DNA of 64,000 bases from Selaginella moellendorffii. Taxonomy: Eukaryota; Plantae; Lycopodiophyta. Both the position numbers and the translations under genes were made by a program. The stretch covers positions 186,001-250,000 of the forward strand of contig NW_003314297.1 in assembly GCF_000143415.4 (NCBI RefSeq). Direction: 5' to 3'. Under the pieces are notes generated by a model that saw nothing but the letters and a program-made list of their open reading frames with translations, searched no databases and was not told the DNA's origin. Of this stretch, positions 60,328 to 64,000 are shown in pieces (position 1 is the stretch's first letter; every line of letters begins with the position of its first letter).

Positions 60328-63300
60328 ATGCGTGCTTGTTCCGGGAATCGGCCAGCACACTGCAGTGTTTTGATGCGATTTTCGCTACTTCCAGGGACAA
60401 GAAACCGCGAAAATCACTCCTGCGCGACGAATGCGTAAGTTTTTCCTTCGTTCTAGCTGATCTTCTCGTCAAGTCTAAAGCCATTCTTCTCTTGGCAGCT
60501 ATGGCATCGAGGAGGTCTCGCAATCTCCAGGGACAGGCACTTGCGAAAACCAAGTTTGCGAGACAAACACGTAAGTTTCGCTCGTCAAGCTCGAAGTGTT
60601 TTTGAAAGATTTTCCTGGCAGCTACTCCGCGAATGCCAAAGACGAGGCGGCACGGGATGTGCTTACATACTTGGACTCTCGATCTCTTCTCACCTCTTTC
60701 AAGGATTGTGCAAGTCTGGCAAGCAAGGAAGAATGCAGGGACGTCGGTGGGATCTTGGTGAAAGTAAACTCTTTGGAGAAAGCCATGGCTGCTCATGCTG
60801 ATGGTCTGAGGAACGGGTTCGACTTGGACAGATTTGCCGCCAGCACTCTGATCGATGTGTACGCGAAGTGTGGCAGCATGCTGGACGCTCGACTGGTCTT
60901 TGACAGGCTCCGACACCACGACGTCGTGTCATGGACCGCATTGATACAAGGCTTCGCAGAGAATGGGGAAGAAGAGGTGGCGCTGGAGCTCTTCTCACAG
61001 ATGCAAACTCAAGGCAGTTGTTCAGCGAACGCTCGGACTTTTCTCGCTGCTTCGAACGCTTGCACTGGTTTAGCGAGGAAAGAAGAGGGGCGACAGGTTG
61101 ATGGAGGAAAGATGGTGAAGATCGGGTCTCTGGAACGGGGGCTCTCCGTGCACTATCAAGCTTTGAAGGCTGGCTGCGATTCCAACGTGTTCTTGACGAG
61201 CTCGCTCATCAACATGTATGCGAAGTGTGGGAGCTTGCTGGACGCTCGTATGATCTTCGACAGGATGCGTCATCACGACGCATTCTCTTGCACGGCGCTG
61301 ATGCTCGGCTATGCTGACAACGGAGAAGAAGAGCTGGCCTTGGAAATATGCAAGCTTCTCCAGTTCAGAGGTTCTATTGCTGCTGGGATTTTCACTGCTG
61401 CTCTCAACGCGTGCACAGCTCTGGCAGCCAAGGAAGAGTTCCAGCAAGTTGATGGCCGGCTTCTCAAGGTGGCGGCTCTCGAGAAAGGAAGAGCGATCCA
61501 TTTGAAAGCTGTAGAGACGGGGCGGGACTTGGACTCTCACGTTGCATGCTCGCTCCTCAACATGTACGCGAAGTGCGGGAACCTGGTGGAGGCCTTCAGA
61601 GTCTTCGAATCCATGCCTCTCCGCGACGTGGTGTCGTGGAACGCGCTAATGGCCGGGTTCGTAGACAACGGGGAAGAGGAACTCGCTCTGGAAGTTTTCT
61701 GTCGAATGGGACGACCGAACCGCAGGAGCTTCTTGACGGCACTGAAAGCTTGCAGCCGCCTGGCACGGAAAGAGGAGGCCACGCCGGTTGATGGAAGGCT
61801 GGTTCGAGTGAAGGCACTGGAAATGGGAGCTGCCATTCACTCTCAGGCTGTGGAGCACGGCTGCGACTCGGACCTCTTCCTGGGCAGCACTCTGGTAGAC
61901 ATGTACGCCAAGTGTGGGAGCTTGGTGGAGGCACACAAGGCATTCAGTAGCATGCCAAGGCGGTGTGTTGTCTCGTGCAACTCTTTGATCCATGGCTACG
62001 CCGAGAGTGGTGAAGAGAGGCTAGCTTTGGAGCTGTTCGAGGCCATGCCGCAGTTTCCAGGCTGCAAACCGAACTCCCGGACTTTCATCGGTGCGCTCAA
62101 CGCCTGCATCAGTCTGGCGGCCAAGGAGGAAGCCAAGCAGCTGTTTGGAAGGCCAGTGAAGCTGGAGGCCTTGGACATCGGCATGAAAATCCATTCCAAG
62201 GCTGCCGAGCTTGGCTGCGAGCTTGACAAGTTCGTTGGATGCTCGCTGGTGAACATGTACGCCAAGTGTGGGAGCCTGGATGACGCTTGGCGGGTGTTCC
62301 ACGGCATGCCCCGTCGAGACGTGGTGTCCTGGAACGTACTGATACTGGGATACGCCGAGAGCGAGCAGCCGGAGGTGGCCTTGAAGCTCTTCGCACGAAT
62401 GCGAGACGAGGAGAAAGGCTGTGAGGCGGACTCTGGGACTTTTCTTGCGGTGCTCAAGGCTTGCGCAAGCCTTGTGGCTCTGGAGACCGGGCAGGCTCTT
62501 CACAGGGACGTTTATCGGCATGGACTCGAAGATGACATGGTTCTGGCTACTTGCTTGGTGGACTTCTACGCCAAGTGTGGGGGTGTGGCAGCTGCTCAAC
62601 GGGTGTTCGACTCGTTTTCTACGACGAACATCGTCAGCTGGAGCGCACTGATAACAGGCTACAGCCACCAGGGAGATGTGAAGCAAGTCCTGGATCACTT
62701 CCGTGATATGGAGGACGAAGGAGTGCAGCCAAATGCTGTGACGCTCACTTCCGTGCTCGCGGCTTGCAGCCATGCGGGCCTGGTTGACGTCGCCAGGGAC
62801 TACTTCCAAGCGATGAGCTTCAAGTATGGGATTCGTCCGGGCATCGATCACTACCACTGCTTGGTGGATGTGCTCGGGAGAGCCAACCATTTGGACGAAG
62901 CAGTGGCTGTGGTAAACACCATGCCTTTCGAAGCCAACGCCATGACTTGGAAGACGCTGCTGGGAGCATGCCGGAAGTGGAAGAACGTAGAGTTTGGGAG
63001 GCTTGCATTCGAGTCGCTGCTGGAGCTCGACGAGAAAGACGTGGTTGCCTACGTCTTGATGGCCAACATATATGGGAGCCGGGGCATGGTGGAAGAACAG
63101 CAGCATGTCGAGACGATGAAGGCGGGTGCTCGAGACGAGAACTCGGTGGCCGAGCGGAGCTGGTGGACTGAAGATACTGGCACGGTTCACTCGTTTGAAG
63201 CTGGAAACGATGCCAGACATCCGCAGTCTCAAGAGATACTCAAGAAGCTCGGCGACTTTGCGGTGGAAATGGAGGAGGAAGGTGGAAACAAGCGTCTCTG

Positions 63301-63514
63301 TTGTCACAGCGAGCGAATGGCCATTGGTTGTGCGTTGCTGAACACGATGCCGGGGACAGCCATACGTATCGTGAAGAACTCTCTGCTCTGCGATGGCTGC
63401 CACAAAGTCGCAGCAGCTATCTCAATGCTGGAGAAGAGAACCATTATATGCCGGGATGCAAGCCGGTTTCACGTTTTCAAGGATGGGACCTGTTGCTGTG
63501 GTGACTACTGGTAA
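60328..63514 (+). CDS. PLS-class pentatricopeptide repeat protein with E/DYW domain (putative C-to-U RNA editing factor)
   Basis: Repeated L(I/V)xMYAKCGSL.DA..VF..M..RDVVSWNAL units and terminal HSERMA..CDGCH..RFHVFKDGTCCCGDYW*. Model 60328-60434, 60499-60570, 60622-63514 is in frame (3072 nt); the 5' end is tentative. Confidence 0.93.
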
Positions 63515-64000
63515 CAGGTATGCTTCATTGGTTTTTTTTTCTTGCTTTTCAACTCGTTTTAATACAGGGCTGTTGGGAACAAGATCAGTTAAGTCGAACC
63601 TCTCTTCCATCGCTCTTTGATTTCAGGTTGACGTTGGGCATCTTGCTCATAGATGTGACGAAGTGAAGGAAGCTTTGTTTAGGAGTGGACAAGCGGCCGA
63701 GTGGATGCGTCCTGTGTCAGCTCCTGTTGTCACACAAAATAACCTCTTTGGACAGGCGTTGTGGAGCTCAGCAACGCGTCCTACCAAATGGTATGCGTCA
63801 ACAAGTCATGATTTTCTGACTTGGCAGAGTTTTCATTTACCAAGCAGGTTGACGAGATCATTTCTGGACTCGAGGCCCATTGCTTGCAGTCATTTGCTCG
63901 AGACAAATGGTCCTCGGTGGGAGAAGTAACAACTGATGCACGACTACTCTTCTATAATGATCAAAAATAAGTTACTAAACTCCAAACAATGCTTGACAAC

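Noticed and set aside
62021-63403. 460-aa antisense ORF
   Set aside because: Lies opposite the GC-rich PPR exon with no motif; typical codon-bias shadow.
63620-64000. Possible exons at the window end
   Set aside because: Too short and unidentifiable from this window alone.

Overview
Eukaryotic, intron-rich but very compact plant DNA: many introns are about 45-70 nt and some genes lie only 34-160 nt apart. The window carries a flagellar gene (CFAP251/WDR66), a DYW-PPR editing factor and a fungal/bacterial-type siderophore synthetase. This points to a flagellate-sperm land plant, most likely Selaginella (inferred, not proven). Recognisable genes: F-box/LRR, DUF639, CFAP251, PP2A B'', TOP3B, a WAK/LRK10L-type kinase with a damaged DFG motif, SUD1, a NEMP/DUF2215-like gene, two tRNA-Ser genes, an intronless IucA/IucC synthetase, a NEK kinase, TIM23, a 79-aa four-exon microprotein missed by the ORF track, OEP16-4 and a PLS-DYW PPR. 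AT-rich blocks hold a decayed PIF/Harbinger element, fold-back repeats and a dispersed repeat. Main highlights: (1) a stand-alone NRPS-independent siderophore synthetase among plant genes; (2) a 2.6-kb mosaic built from deletion-ridden pieces of three neighbouring genes in mixed orientation; (3) a lineage-specific gene with a PD-(D/E)xK-like motif and a disrupted atypical kinase. All calls come from reading the sequence and recalled family motifs; no searches were run.
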